Below, one piece after another: positions 1 to 13,019 of a stretch of DNA of 64,000 nucleotides. The position numbers were made by a program, and so were the translations under genes. Origin of the DNA: Eledone cirrhosa (taxonomy: Eukaryota); NCBI GenBank assembly GCA_964016885.1, contig OZ024744.1, positions 45,818,001-45,882,000 on the forward strand. Direction: 5' to 3'. Below the pieces are notes generated by a model. It was not told where the DNA came from. It searched no databases and saw only the letters and a list, made by a program, of their open reading frames with translations. Positions within the stretch are counted from its first letter, which is position 1. Every line of letters begins with the position of its first letter.

Positions 1-309
1 AGAACGAATTCTATTCTTCAGGTCTTGCTGGAAGTAATTGCTCCTATTCCGAAATTTGATATTCCGAATGAGTTCCAAGACATCATTTTCGAAGGGTAGC
101 AATGCTGGGTTCCACGGAGGGTTATTATAAGTTTTAAATCCAAATTTATCCTGTTTGTTGTCTGCTTTTCGCGGATTATCGAAATAAAAGGCACGCCAAC
201 GCAACCTTTTAATGAACGCGTCTGTTTTCTGTATCAGGAGTTTTAAGTATGTTTTCCTGCTTGGTACGGGTATGTTCTTTGTAGAAATATTCAGATGTTG
301 TTTCTGCAT
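1..309 (-). CDS. N-terminus of a Penelope-like (Naiad-type) retroelement ORF, running off the window start
   Basis: Manual translation, open for 103 codons: MQKQHLNISTKNIPVPSRKTYLKLLIQKTDAFIKRLRWRAFYF...KFGFKTYNNPP...LLPFENDVLELIRNIKF. The STKNIP / FIxRxRWxAFxF / FGFK / FExD motifs match Naiad PLE N-termini as I recall them. A same-strand HHR lies upstream. Confidence 0.75.
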   Translation of the reverse strand, partial: MQKQHLNISTKNIPVPSRKTYLKLLIQKTDAFIKRLRWRAFYFDNPRKADNKQDKFGFKTYNNPPWNPALLPFENDVLELIRNIKFRNRSNYFQQDLKNRIRS

Positions 310-462
310 GATGAATATAAGTCAGTAGAGTGCTCAACCGAAGGAGCCAAATAGTAATAATAATAAAATTGAAGACTAAAATTCAAAGAGGGCTCGATAA
401 GGAAAATATATATCAAATATATAAGAACCGTAGAGCAAATATTTATTAAAATAACAGATTAA

Positions 463-513
463 AGTTTAAGCAAAGAATCGCTGCTTTCACCCTTAACGGG
501 ATCTTCTGAAACT
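463..513 (-). ncRNA. Type I hammerhead ribozyme, variant core (CAGAAGA)
   Basis: Minus strand: AGTTT-CAGAAGA-(T)CCC GTTAA GGG(T)-GAAA-GCA..TGC-TT-AAACT. Stems I-III pair; core has U4->A. Confidence 0.6.
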
Positions 514-1035
514 AACAAAGTCAATCTGTAAACGCAGATACGTACATACACAAGCATACGCAAAACCTTACCATGTACGTATCTGTTTGCGTGTATGTAT
601 TTATTTGTTCCTATTACTTCTGTATTGTATTTATTTACTTTGTTCTTAACTCTGTAGCGGAGATTCATTTGGTCTCCTAGTTAGAATTTTAGTCTACGAT
701 TTCTGCTATACCATTTACGTGGTTTTGTCTTTGCGTGCTATTGTTCTCCACGCTCCACATATGACTTATTATCTTCGTTTTTTCGTTCATTGCCAGAGAA
801 CGTCTCTATGCACCACCTAAGAGAACATTAGTCTACGACCTCTTTTATACCATAAACGTGGTTTTGTCTTTGCGCGTAATTGTTTTTCACCGCTCCTATT
901 AATGACGTATTATTCGTTTTTTTCCCGTTCTTTGCCAGCGAACGTTACCACGAACCAAAGTATCGTCTCCCTGTCTTCCTCCGGTTGCAACGTTTTTTGA
1001 AATATCCAGTTCTGCGTTTACAGATTGACTTTGTT

Positions 1036-1086
1036 AGTTTCAGAAGATCCCGTTAAGGGTGAAAGCAGCGATTATTTGCTTAAACT
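1036..1086 (+). ncRNA. Type I hammerhead ribozyme, inverted copy of 463-513
   Basis: agttt cagaaga tcccgttaagggt gaaa gca gcgattatt tgc tt aaact. Confidence 0.6.
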
Positions 1087-1195
1087 TTAATCTGTTATTT
1101 TAATAAATATTTGCTCTACGGTTCTTATATATTTGATATATATTTTCCTTATCGAGCCCTCTTTGGATTTTAGTCTTCAATTTTATTATTATTAC

Positions 1196-1254
<59 letters not shown>

Positions 1255-1398
1255 AGAAAAAATTTACGAAATTTTTTCTCCATATTTTCTCCGGATTTTA
1301 AAACACACTTTATTATACGTTGAGCAATCTCTGACGTCAGTTGACTCCATCCAATGCAACTACTTAGTAACATTGGAATACAAATTATCTAATTCTAT

Positions 1399-1430
<32 letters not shown>

Positions 1431-1642
1431 GTATATTTGTGTGCATATGAGTTAAGACTCTATTGGTTTTTTCCCTGAATTTCACAAAATGTGTCGCTAA
1501 AATCTCTGTCTTGATATTTTTTTAATTGAGTTTGAATTATTTACCCATATCTTACGTTAATTATTTTCCATTTTGACGTTATAGTCACTTATATATTATG
1601 AAATACTGTTGGCTTCTTGCTCACATTAATTTTTCTATTTTC

Positions 1643-1708
<66 letters not shown>

Positions 1709-1992
1709 ATATAAAAAATACATAAATATTATATATATATATATATATATATAAATAAAAAGGTGGAAGGGGTAAACAAATAGTTGGGAATACGACGAAT
1801 AATAAATAAATAATTAAATAGATAAAGGCATAAATGTTTATAGCTGATTTAGAGCACTCAACAAGTTCCTGGAGCAAATAATCAATGGAAATAAACATTA
1901 AATCACTCTGTATGTAATTATACAAATATATATATATATATATATATGAAAAAGTATGACCCCGACGGCAGAGCTCAACCCGTTTCGACGGC

Positions 1993-2163
<171 letters not shown>

Positions 2164-2272
2164 TGAATGAAAATAGAGAAATTAATGTCGGCAAGAAGCC
2201 AACAGTAATTCATAATATATAAGTGACTATTACGTCAAGATGTATATATATATATAGTTTTAATATAGATGA

Positions 2273-2321
2273 GATTCTACAGGAGTAGAACTGTTTCATT
2301 CTTTAGAAATCATCAGGAATC
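2273..2321 (-). ncRNA. Type I hammerhead ribozyme within a ~125-bp palindrome (2256-2381)
   Basis: Minus strand: GATTC-CTGATGA-TTTC TAAA GAAT-GAAA-CAG TTCTACTC CTG-TA-GAATC. The plus-strand mirror (2321-2365) lacks a pairing 5' stem I strand. Confidence 0.75.
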
Positions 2322-2805
2322 TGATGATTTCTAAAGAATGAAACAGTTCTAGTCCTGTAGAATCTCATCTATATTAAAACTGTTATACTCTGCTATGTAT
2401 TGAGTACCTTACTTACTGTGGTTACCTCCGATTCAACCCGGAATAACGTATATAAATATATATATATATATACAGACACACACACTAATATACACACACA
2501 CATATATACAAAAAGTTACATCTCCACGATAATAAAAATACACACACACATATAAACACACACATATATATACATATATATACACATACATATACATACA
2601 TATATATATAAATATATACACATATATACATACACATATATATATATATATACATATATACACATATACACAATACATACATACACACAGAAATAAATAT
2701 CTATAAATAAAAAAGGTGGGTATGTAAAGGGTAAGGTAGAAAGTAGGGAGGAATAAGGAAAATAAATAACATAGGAAAAAGTTTATATATATCTGTATGT
2801 ATATG

Positions 2806-2868
<63 letters not shown>

Positions 2869-2940
2869 TTATATGTGAGTGTGTGTATTTTCATTATCGT
2901 GGTGATGTAACTTTTTGTATATATGTGTGTGTGTGTATAT

Positions 2941-3010
<70 letters not shown>

Positions 3011-3080
3011 TTATATGTGTGTGTGTGTATTTTTATTATCGTGGCGATGTAACTTTTTGTATATATGTGTGTGTGTATAT

Positions 3081-3124
<44 letters not shown>

Positions 3125-3169
3125 GCCGTCGAAACAGGTTGAGCTCTGCCGTCGGGGTCATACTTTTTC

Positions 3170-4725
3170 CTATATATATATATTGGTCTCTCTCTCCACT
3201 GAACTGGAGGTAAAACTACAATTATACCATTACTAATAATGATTATAATTATTTATTTATTAAATGTATATCGTTTCATTAATACCTATAATACTCTCTC
3301 TATATAGTTGTACACATATGTCTATCTAGTATAATAACATGCTCGTAGTTACATTTATAAATAATTTAGATACTCTAATGACTCTCTATAAATGTCAGAT
3401 ATTCCCTGGATGTTCGAAATTATATAATGATTATTACTTACTTTAATATAATTTAATTTATTTTAATTAAATTTAGATTACCTTCGGCTTTTTCAAGTCT
3501 TTAGCTCCTCTTTCTATCACATTCGCTGGACATTTTAGAAGTACATTTTGTCTAATATATATTAAAACCCTCTTACATTTTAAACTATATTTTTTTATAT
3601 TGGGCATTTTTACGTTTCACAAACAATTCATTATTTTTCACTTTTTATTTTGTATCTAGCCCTTATCCTTAGGACTTATATATTTATAGTATTTATCAAC
3701 TAAATGATCCTTTTACAATAATTGATATAAAACATTAATTTTTAACAATATTTTCAGTAACTTATTTACTATATTGTATTATTGTATTATGTTATGTATA
3801 TTTGAAAGGTATCACCTTAAGGCTTTCGACAATATAATCCTTGTATATTTTTTTGATTAATACATATATGTAATTTAATATTCAGACCTCTTTAAGTTTA
3901 ATTATAAGGCTTGTTGATCCTTTAGGCACTCAAATTGTTGATCATAAATTCTTTAATCATTATACCTGTAATTATTTTATAAATTATATTATATAAACTG
4001 TTGTCAATATTATAAATAATTTTGGTAAAATTTACTTTCGTTAGGTTGTAAAAACATTATGTTTTCTTTCTCGTGTTTGTAAATCCTTTAAATTTGATTT
4101 CATAAAATTTGAATTTTAGAAATTAAACTTGATAGTATACTTTAATATTAATACAGATACCTATTAACTCTTAAAACTTAAAATATTATTCATTACTCTG
4201 ATCTAACTTAAATTAAATATTTTGAATATTAACGGTCAACCAAATAAGTTTAGATATATATTGTATATATGGATAATTGTCCATAAACTTGAACATAAAT
4301 TATTCCCTTTTGTCTCTCTGTAATCAACTCTCTTCTGTCTTTCGAGGCACCTACTAACTATATTATCCCATCAGCTGTTTCTTCCTCTATGCTTTCCTTT
4401 CTTTCCTCTTTCTTCAGTAATTTAATTTTTTTAACAGTTATATTGATGCCATGTATTTTTTAAGCTGTCTCACACGCACCCTCTCTATTGTATGTATTAT
4501 ATATTTTTCTTACGTTCTCAATATTAAGGTATATAAATATTGAGTTTTGTCATATATTACTCACTACTATGAATGAATCTTAACCATCTAATATGTCAGG
4601 GTATGTCATGCATCATCTTATTTTATCTGATGAGGGCGTACTGTTGAACTTAACTCAGTACCTCTGAAATATATATAATAAAATATACTTGATCACAAGA
4701 ATATCTATTTTGTTAATATTTTGAA

Positions 4726-4728
<3 letters not shown>
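3170..4728 (+). mobile_element. AT-rich PLE 3' UTR/pseudo-LTR fragment ending in an HHR and a short tail, bounded by (TA)n
   Basis: Same layout as 10951-12198: AT-rich tract, then HHR, ~45-nt tail, then (TA)n. Confidence 0.55.
4620..4684 (+). ncRNA. Type I hammerhead ribozyme with palindromic stem III
   Basis: attttat-CTGATGA-gggcgtactg..cagtacctct-GAAA-tatata-TA-ataaaat. Confidence 0.85.
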
Positions 4729-4789
<61 letters not shown>

Positions 4790-4790
<1 letters not shown>

Positions 4791-6016
4791 TAAACGGACT
4801 ACCGTTCGTTTAGTAATATTGTTGAGGTCGTGCTTTCGTTGGCAATCGTCTGTTTACGACAGTACAGCGCGGCTCTACTTTATTTAACTGAGATAAAACT
4901 TATATGAGCATGAACAGTAGATCATTACGCATCTTTTGGCTTAAAAATCTAGAAATTTGGTCCAGCGGGAAAAAGTTTATAATCAAAGTTTGCTGATAAA
5001 TCTTGTGTTCAAGTGAGTGAGTAGTAAGCGTGACGCTAGAGGAGGTAATCCAGAAATGACGAATTTTTTTCGGCGGAACTCTTGTGATTGTGATTACGTT
5101 AGTCAAATGTAGTCAAATCGCCGAATCCCCTCCTCCTAATTGACTACGTCATTTCTGAACGGCCCTACTTGCGTCAGTGTGAAACATTACTTCACTTTTC
5201 ACTGCTAAAATGCTTTTTAAAAACTTCGTTAAAAATTTATGTTTATTATCAAAGCTATTTTTTGTACCAATCTATCAATAGTTTGCGAAAATATAGGTAA
5301 ACATGTGAGTTAAATTTTTTTTAATCGCATCGATCGCTTTGTCGCATCCAACTGTGACACTGTCTGACTGTCTGTCTGACTGACACCTTTGTCGGATCGA
5401 CACCTTTGTTCAAGCGGACAACTTTGTGTCACTGAGACCTTTGTTCGTGCCGGCATCTCTGCGAAACACCGATGACAACAACCAGACCAAAATTTCACTT
5501 CATTCTTCATTCTTCTTCAAGACCGATCGCCGACCGATCGTATCGGTTGCTCTTCATATACCAGGTATTCAACAGATAGTTTGCACTTCTAGTATTATTA
5601 ACAGTCGTGCGATTTTTTGTACCGATAGGTGCGAATAGTGCGCTATATTTTTGTTCGATAGGTGCGAATAGTGCGATAGGTGCGAATAGTGTACAATATT
5701 TTCTGAGATTTGCATCCACTAATTTTGCTTAATTGAAAATGATGTTTCGCGGCTTTTTGATCGGCTTATTCATTTTTTCCATGGCACGGAAATGGAGTAT
5801 TTCCATTTCGAATGAAAACTTTTCACTAAAATCGGGCAATTGGACTGATCAAATTCACATTCAAGCCAGTTTTTACAAATCCATAATTAGAAATGTGGCG
5901 AAATCGAATGACCAGAAGGTATAAAAATATTAATTCAAATGTATTTACTTATCATACCAACAAAAATACTTAGATATTTTGTATACCTGGGGCCCGTCAG
6001 GGCCAGGTAATGTTAA
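4790..6016. mobile_element. DNA-transposon debris: Harbinger-MITE-like end (~5142-5167) and a possible piggyBac-like end (~5983-6016)
   Basis: gactacgtcatttctgaacggcccta; hairpin tacctggggcccgtcagggccaggta followed by TTAA. Partner ends were not found. Confidence 0.3.
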
Positions 6017-6510
6017 TCGCCAACATTGTTATCTGTTGTCCTTTTGTGAAAGTATTGGTGGTTCTTGTCGGCTCTAATGATCTGAATCCTCGTCGCACCG
6101 TTGGCACTACAAAGCTGTGCAAACAATAATTGTTGCCCAAGTATTTTTTATTAATCATTTATTTGTAAATTAAGGACAAAGTGCCCATTCGAGGCACAAA
6201 ACCGGAAAAACAGGGGAAGAGTCTCTTTGCAAGGCTACAGAAAATAGCGGAAAAGCACCACTGTACAGTCATTCCACGTCCACAAAGTGTAATTGAAAAT
6301 AAAAATGACATGGGCAAGAGAAATTCTCGTTTGGAAAAGTGTAATTACTGCATGAAAGAAATGATTCAAAAATTGAACTAGCCCAATCTTAACAACATTG
6401 AAAATTGGTCGAAATTTGACAAATCTGACTTCAAACCAGATATGATTCATTTGAACAATGTTGGAAATCTTAAATTGACACAAATTTTTGCCAATGTTTT
6501 TGCCACCTGA
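6016..6510 (+). pseudogene. SGNH/GDSL-hydrolase domain pseudogene, 5' truncated
   Basis: One frame gives VKVLVVLVGSNDL (block III GxND) ... TVIPRP ... FKPDMIHLNNVGNLKL (block V DxxH), with in-frame stops. Confidence 0.65.
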
Positions 6511-6685
6511 TCCTTGTTCTATGGCTGACTGACCAATTTTGTGACTTAATAAAATGTCATCATACTAATAATGCACAATGGTCATTTTTAAATTTAAATT
6601 TTATTAAATAGTTGTTGCTTGCCTTAAAATAGTAACAATAATGTACACATACTTTTTAAAAATACATCATTATCAGTCAAATCAG

Positions 6686-7045
6686 TCAAATGTCACTAAA
6701 AGCCAGGTGGTCGATAACAACTTCTATAAGATTAGTTACATGCTCACACATTGGATCACCTCTCATCAATGGCATTGGGTGTCTGAGATAATCGTGGAGA
6801 TAACTGATGAAGTTACAAATGAAGTGATGGTCTTCCAGTGTGAACAACTCCCTATATCCATTGATATATGTGATGGCTTCCGATTCATAGGTGCATTTTA
6901 TGAGGAATTCCATGCATCCGATTTTCAGTGATTCAATGGGCATTTTATCAGAGATGATAAGGTATTTGACCACGTTTTGCTTTGTAAGTAAATTGGAGAG
7001 AATCACTGCAGTCAAAGTCATTTCTTTGCATGGGTTTTTGTCCAT
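6686..7045 (-). CDS. Small ORF with a BACK-like (BTB/SPOP C-terminal) helical motif
   Basis: LSNLLTKQNVVKYLIISDKMPIESLKIGCMEFL fits the LxxxNVxxxLxxAxxxxxxxLKxxCxxF pattern. Clean 119-aa ORF with ATG start. Confidence 0.5.
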   Translation of the reverse strand: MDKNPCKEMTLTAVILSNLLTKQNVVKYLIISDKMPIESLKIGCMEFLIKCTYESEAITYINGYRELFTLEDHHFICNFISYLHDYLRHPMPLMRGDPMCEHVTNLIEVVIDHLAFSDI

Positions 7046-7318
7046 TCTAAAAAGTTAAAATGATAAAGTATTACTACTATATAACTTACATCTATTGTTG
7101 TAACACCATTGAAATGCACAAGTTTCACCAATTCACTATTATGCACTAATCATCTCAAATGCATTCATGATTTACTAGCTTTGTCATTAAGCCAGTTGCC
7201 TCAACTAGATTGCAATTATACTCAAAAGAACTTAAAAATGTCAATCACTTGTCAGTAATTCACTATGATCATTTAATTATTAGATAGTTGTTGCTTGCAT
7301 TGCCTTAAAAAATAGTAG

Positions 7319-8372
7319 ACCAGATAGAAAAATGCGTACAGCAAAAAAAGGTAATATTGTTGGAATATAAACCTTTAAATATACAGGACAAGAAACTAAA
7401 ATAAAACTTTAAAAGAATAGGACAAGAAACTAAGATAAAACTTTAAAAGAATAGGACAAGAAACTAAGATAGAACTTTAAAGAATTGGACAAGAAATAAA
7501 AAATTTTACAATAATATTAGTGGCAACATTTTTTTATTCGTTTCCTGTGCTATGCCCCAGTATCTTCTTGATTAGTGCATAATAATTGTCATGTCTCATT
7601 GTGCGTTGCCCCTGAGCGGTTGGTTCTGGTTGGGGTTGGTTGGCTGAGCAGTTCTGCTCCGTCAGAATGACCATTGCAAGAAGAATTGGCCGATGCAGCT
7701 GCAGGTCTCCTCCAAGAATGCACTGCTGGTCCCGCAACACCAGACGAAGATGGAGAAGACGACCGGGACAAGATGTCGACTCTGACCACCGACTACGGCA
7801 CCTCCCTCAACCACCGGTCCTCCCTCCCTCTGTCCCGTCATCCCTCCAGTCCTCCTGCTCCCCCTTCCTGTACCAGAAAGCTGTGCCACGCATTCATCTG
7901 GACTGCCGGACTTGAACTCAAGGACAAGATGCAAGGAGAAGATGGACGGGTTGGTCAAGATCAAGGATGTGCTCATGGGCCCATGGGTCCATTCACATTA
8001 TGCATGACACATGAGGCGTGTCGCCGAATGATGAAATAGGGGTATGGTTATGGCCCAATTGGTGTTCAAACCAGGATCAAATGATCCCCCCGGTCTGACG
8101 ACGACCTCTGAATGTGGAACCCAGAGCCTATGAATGTGGAACTCGATTTTTTACCAATAAAAATTTTGCCACTAATATTATTGTAAAATTTTTTATTTCT
8201 TGTCCAATTCTTTAAAGTTTTATCTTAGTTTCTTGTCCTATTCTTTTAAAGTTTTATCTTAGTTTGTTGTCCTATTCTTTTAAAGTTTTATTTTAGTTTC
8301 TTGTCCTGTATTTTAAAGGTTTATATTCCAACAATATTACTTTTTTTTGCTGTACGCATTTTTCTATCTGGT
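7319..8372. repeat. Foldback: ~215-bp inverted arms with internal ~34-bp subrepeats around a ~620-bp GC-rich core
   Basis: accagatagaaaaatgcgtacagc...aatattagtggcaa (7319-7533) mirrors 8157-8372. Subrepeat: ctttaaaagaataggacaagaaactaagataaaa. Confidence 0.9.
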
Positions 8373-8677
8373 ATATATATTTGTATGGTTGTGTGTGTGT
8401 GTGTATGTATATATGTGTATGTATATGCATAATTACATACAGAGTGATTTAATGTTTATTTTCATTGATTATTTGCTCCAGGAACTTGTTGAGTGCTCTA
8501 AATCTGCTATAAACATTTATACCTTTATCTATTTAATTATTTATTTATTATTTTCGTATTCCCAACTATTTGTTTACCCCTTCCACCTTTTGATTTTTAT
8601 ATATATATATAATATTTATGTATTTTTATATATATATATTGTATTTTTATGTATTTTTATATATATATTGTTGTTTG

Positions 8678-8714
<37 letters not shown>

Positions 8715-8744
8715 CTTCTTGCTCACATTAATTTCTCTATTTTC

Positions 8745-8791
<47 letters not shown>

Positions 8792-8813
8792 TGTAATAAA
8801 CAAAGGTAATTAT

Positions 8814-8875
8814 TTCATTTACCAGTTGTTTCTTGAAAGCAAGCAAATTTTGCTTTCAATCATCACAATGAAAAA
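8814..8875 (-). ncRNA. Degenerate type I hammerhead (C3->G)
   Basis: Minus strand: tttcatt-GTGATGA-ttgaaagcaa..ttgctttcaa-GAAA-caactgg-TA-aatgaaa. Confidence 0.55.
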
Positions 8876-9242
8876 ATCCTGGTGTATTTATTGACATTGG
8901 ATTTAAAAAAAAAAATATAATCTATATGAAAGTCAGGCTGGAAAAGGAAGAAGGAAAGGAAAAATAAACACACATGCAGACACACACACACACTCATATA
9001 CATACACACACACATATATACATACACACACGCATATACATACACACATACATATACACATATACAAATATATACATATATATGTATATATACATATATA
9101 TATATACACACATACATACACACATACATACAGGTACAAATACACATACATACACATATACATACATACACACATATATATCCACATATCCATACATACA
9201 CATACGAACAAATACACACATGTATATATATATATATATATA

Positions 9243-9309
<67 letters not shown>

Positions 9310-9426
9310 GAGGTGAGTTTTATTGTAGCACAATAAAGCAATGCAAATATCGGATAAGTAGCACTCTACAGTTTGTAGGACTGGAGTATAAATAATATAA
9401 GATCAAAAGATGTTAGTAAATCCATC

Positions 9427-10951
9427 TTGGATAGAACTATCCCACAGGTTCGTTCTAATTGCTCTATTTCTAACTTAAATTTATGGTTTTGTACATCTGA
9501 AGTAATTGGCTGGTTCAACAACCTGAACAAGAAAAACAAACAAAAATGTATTCAATTTGATATTGCCAGCTACTATTCTTCTATTTCGCCTTCACTTCTC
9601 AACAATGCTCTATATTTCGCTTTTAAATATTCTGACATCACCACAGATGAACTTCACATCATTCTCACCGCAAGAAAAACCATCTTAGAATTCAACAATG
9701 AATACTGGACTAGAGCTGATACCTCCAACAACTTTGATATCACAATGGGTGCTTCCGATTCATCGCAATTGACTGATTTGATTTGTATTTTTATTTTGAA
9801 TTCTTTAAATCGGAAATTCCTCAACTTCGCGGTGGAATTTATCGTGACGATGGACTTTTTACTATCTTAAATTGCAATTTAGTTAACCTTAATATTATTA
9901 AGAACAATATACGTGATCTCTTTAAGCAACATAACCTTGAAATCGAATTTGATAACGTCAAACTAGCTAACTTCTTGGATATATCCCTTAATCTTGACAC
10001 TGGGCTATATTACCCTTACCATAAAAACAATGAGAATCTAAATTGTTAATTTTAAATCTAATCACCCCACTAACATTAAAAATGCTATAGTTAGTAATAT
10101 TGGAAACAGAATATCAAACCTATCCTCTAATAAAAATATATTTGATGCTAACGCCAATTACTATAATAATGCGCTTTCTAAAGCCGGTTATCCTGATAAA
10201 ATTAAATACAGTAAAGAAACCAATCCTAGAAGGTCTTACAGTAAAATAATTAATTATGATCATTCCAATAACTTAAATAAAAGACCTAGATACAAAAATA
10301 TAATCTGGTATAATGCTCCTTTCTCTATTTCTATTAATAATAATATTCCTAAACTTTAGGGCCTTAGATAAATGCTTCCCTCCCTCACATATCTATAGTA
10401 AAATATTTAACAAACATACGATAACATTTTCCTATTCCACTCCTCCAACATCTGTAAAATTATCTATAAACACAACAATAAAATATTAAATATTAAATCA
10501 CTTCCTTCCAACACTGAGTGTCATAATAATAGCAGTAGTACTCCCGACGTCATTGTTAACTCTAGGCTAGATTCTGCAAACTCAAATACGACGTCAAACG
10601 TAACTTCGTTGAATGTTCATAATACCAATCTAAATCAGGAAACTATTATTCCTATCGTAAATAACTTCTCCAATCCAATTCCTCCTATAAATAACACTAG
10701 GTCACTTTGTTACACTCTCAGAACTCATGTGGTCCTTGAAAGACAAAAATATTAACAATAACATCTCTTGGAGGAAAGTTTGTTCTGCCTCTCCCTACTT
10801 GAATGCCTCCCTATCCAGAACGTGTAATCTTTGCCTATCTGAGAAATTTACCATTATATCTAATTTAGATTCTATAATAAATAGACGCACTGATTTATTT
10901 TCTCTCTGCTTGCATAAATTCCACAGAACATTCCATAAAGTATACAGCTAA
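9427..10951 (+). pseudogene. Frameshifted PLE reverse transcriptase plus C-terminal part of a GIY-YIG endonuclease
   Basis: QFDIASYYSSI, FDITMGASDSS, GGIYRDDGL, NFLDISLNL..YYPYHK, SNHP, IIWYNAPFS, IIYKHNNKIL, then WSLK..ISW..CNLCLSEK..INRR..CLH. Confidence 0.9.
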
Positions 10952-12093
10952 TATCTAATACTTTACTAGTTTAAAAACCTTTTTCTCAAGGGCTTCTATA
11001 TTATTTTTTAAATATACCCATCTTTCTACCTTATTTCAATATTATTTATTATATATTATATAATACAAGTTACTCATTCTATATCATTCCTCTTTATCAC
11101 TTTCCTTTCTTCCCCTTTTCTTTTCTCTTTTTAATTTCTAACCTCTAATCTGTACTTTTTCTTCCTAACTACTTCTCAATTCTTATTATTACTCACCACA
11201 ACATATCCACTCTTCCATCTTTCTTCATATCATTGGCCATAAAAATTATTATTATCTTTTAAATACATTATAGTATTACCTTTAATAGTCCTTAGTAAAC
11301 ATAAACATTTTTTGACGTTAGATTTTTCTTCCTTATGTTCCTTATCTCTTCCTTTCATGCTCGTTTGACTTTTACATATTACATATTACAATACATAAAA
11401 ACAAACTTAAACCCTAACTAATTTCCTTTAATATATTATATTATTACCATTAGAAAATATTTCGTAAACATATATATTTTGATGTTAAATATTTTCTTCC
11501 TTAAACATTCTTTTCTTCTTTGCTTTCTGCGCTCATTTTTAAAGAAACTATTTACATATATTACGCACACATATTACATTACATAAAAACAAACTTAAAC
11601 ACTAACTAATTCCTCTAAATTCATAACTCATCCACTCTTCTACTTCTTTTCACATTATATCCTTAATAACATTAATATTTTTATTTTAATAATACATATT
11701 AACAATTTCTTTTCCTCGCACATATTATTAAACCCTTCAATATACAAACCTTAATTTAATATTATTTTTACCCCTTTTAATTTCAAATTCTATAAAATTA
11801 TCTATTATCTTCCAACGGCATTTTAGCTCCTCTCTGTGAGACAATATATATTTTGTTCTCAGTTGTAAAGGCTATCTCTCTCTCTATCACCCATCTCTCC
11901 TCCTCTCTCATCCTTCCTTCTTATACTCTTCCCCCACCATTCTTTACTCTCATCTCCTCCTCTTCCTTACCTTTTCCAACATCCTCTCACTTTTTCCCAA
12001 TATCACACATCAATCTTAAATTATTTTTCATATCTTGATTTACAACTTCACTATTCACAAGTGTTTTTTAACCTTCATATCATGTATCCCAAC

Positions 12094-12157
12094 TTTATCT
12101 GATGAAAACGCAGATATCATCACATGATGATATTTGTTTTGAAATGCGCATAATAAA
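12094..12157 (+). ncRNA. Type I hammerhead ribozyme at the Naiad 3' end
   Basis: tttat-CTGATGA-aaacgcagatatcatca ca tgatgatatttgtttt-GAAA-tgcgca-TA-ataaa; stem III TGCGCA is palindromic. Confidence 0.9.
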
Positions 12158-12190
12158 ATACTTGGAACCCTTTTAACCATCTTTTGATCT

Positions 12191-12232
<42 letters not shown>

Positions 12233-12596
12233 CTATATATATACATATACACACATAATCATACATATATACACAATTACATACGCACACATACATACAC
12301 ACATATATACTCGCATACATACGCACACATAAATATTGATATATGTACACACACCTACATACGCACACACACAAAAAAATAATAGACGACCATATAGGCC
12401 GTCACATAAGAATAAAAAGTATTATAAAGTTGACAGCGATACAGGAGACAAATAAATGAACAAACACACGTGGTAAGCAATACACACAATTACACATACA
12501 CATACATACATATAAATAAATACATACACACACACACATACACATACATATACACATACATATACATACACATATACATACACATGCATACATACA

Positions 12597-12636
<40 letters not shown>

Positions 12637-12776
12637 CATACATACATACATATACACACACACACACATATATATAAATACATACACACACATGTATGTG
12701 TGTAAAACTCATTCTTAGATGTATTCATTGAACCTTGTTTAACTCTTAAATAATATACACATATATACACTCACAC

Positions 12777-12908
<132 letters not shown>

Positions 12909-12956
12909 ATATATACGATATTAACAAATGGAAACTATATTTATAAAACCATATTT

Positions 12957-13019
12957 ATTTCATTATACATATTTCAAGGACACCAAGTTAAATTATGGTG
13001 TGCTTTCATCAGATAAAAT
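12957..13019 (-). ncRNA. Type I hammerhead ribozyme
   Basis: Reverse complement of 14172-14234. Confidence 0.85.

Larger units (their letters stand above)
355..1195. repeat. Inverted PLE pseudo-LTR arms (~355-536 and ~1016-1195) around a spacer containing a ~140-bp direct repeat
   Basis: aaagcagcgatt..tttgcttaaactttaatctgttattttaataaatatttgctctacggttct occurs in both orientations. tagtctacga..acgtggttttgtctttgcg repeats at ~690 and ~829. Confidence 0.85.
9391..12198 (+). mobile_element. 5'-truncated Naiad-type Penelope-like element with a short inverted copy of its 3' tail at the 5' end
   Basis: RT and endonuclease C-terminus, 3' UTR, HHR. ataatataagatcaaaagatg (~9392) is the reverse complement of catcttttgatcttatattat (~12178). 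Confidence 0.85.
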
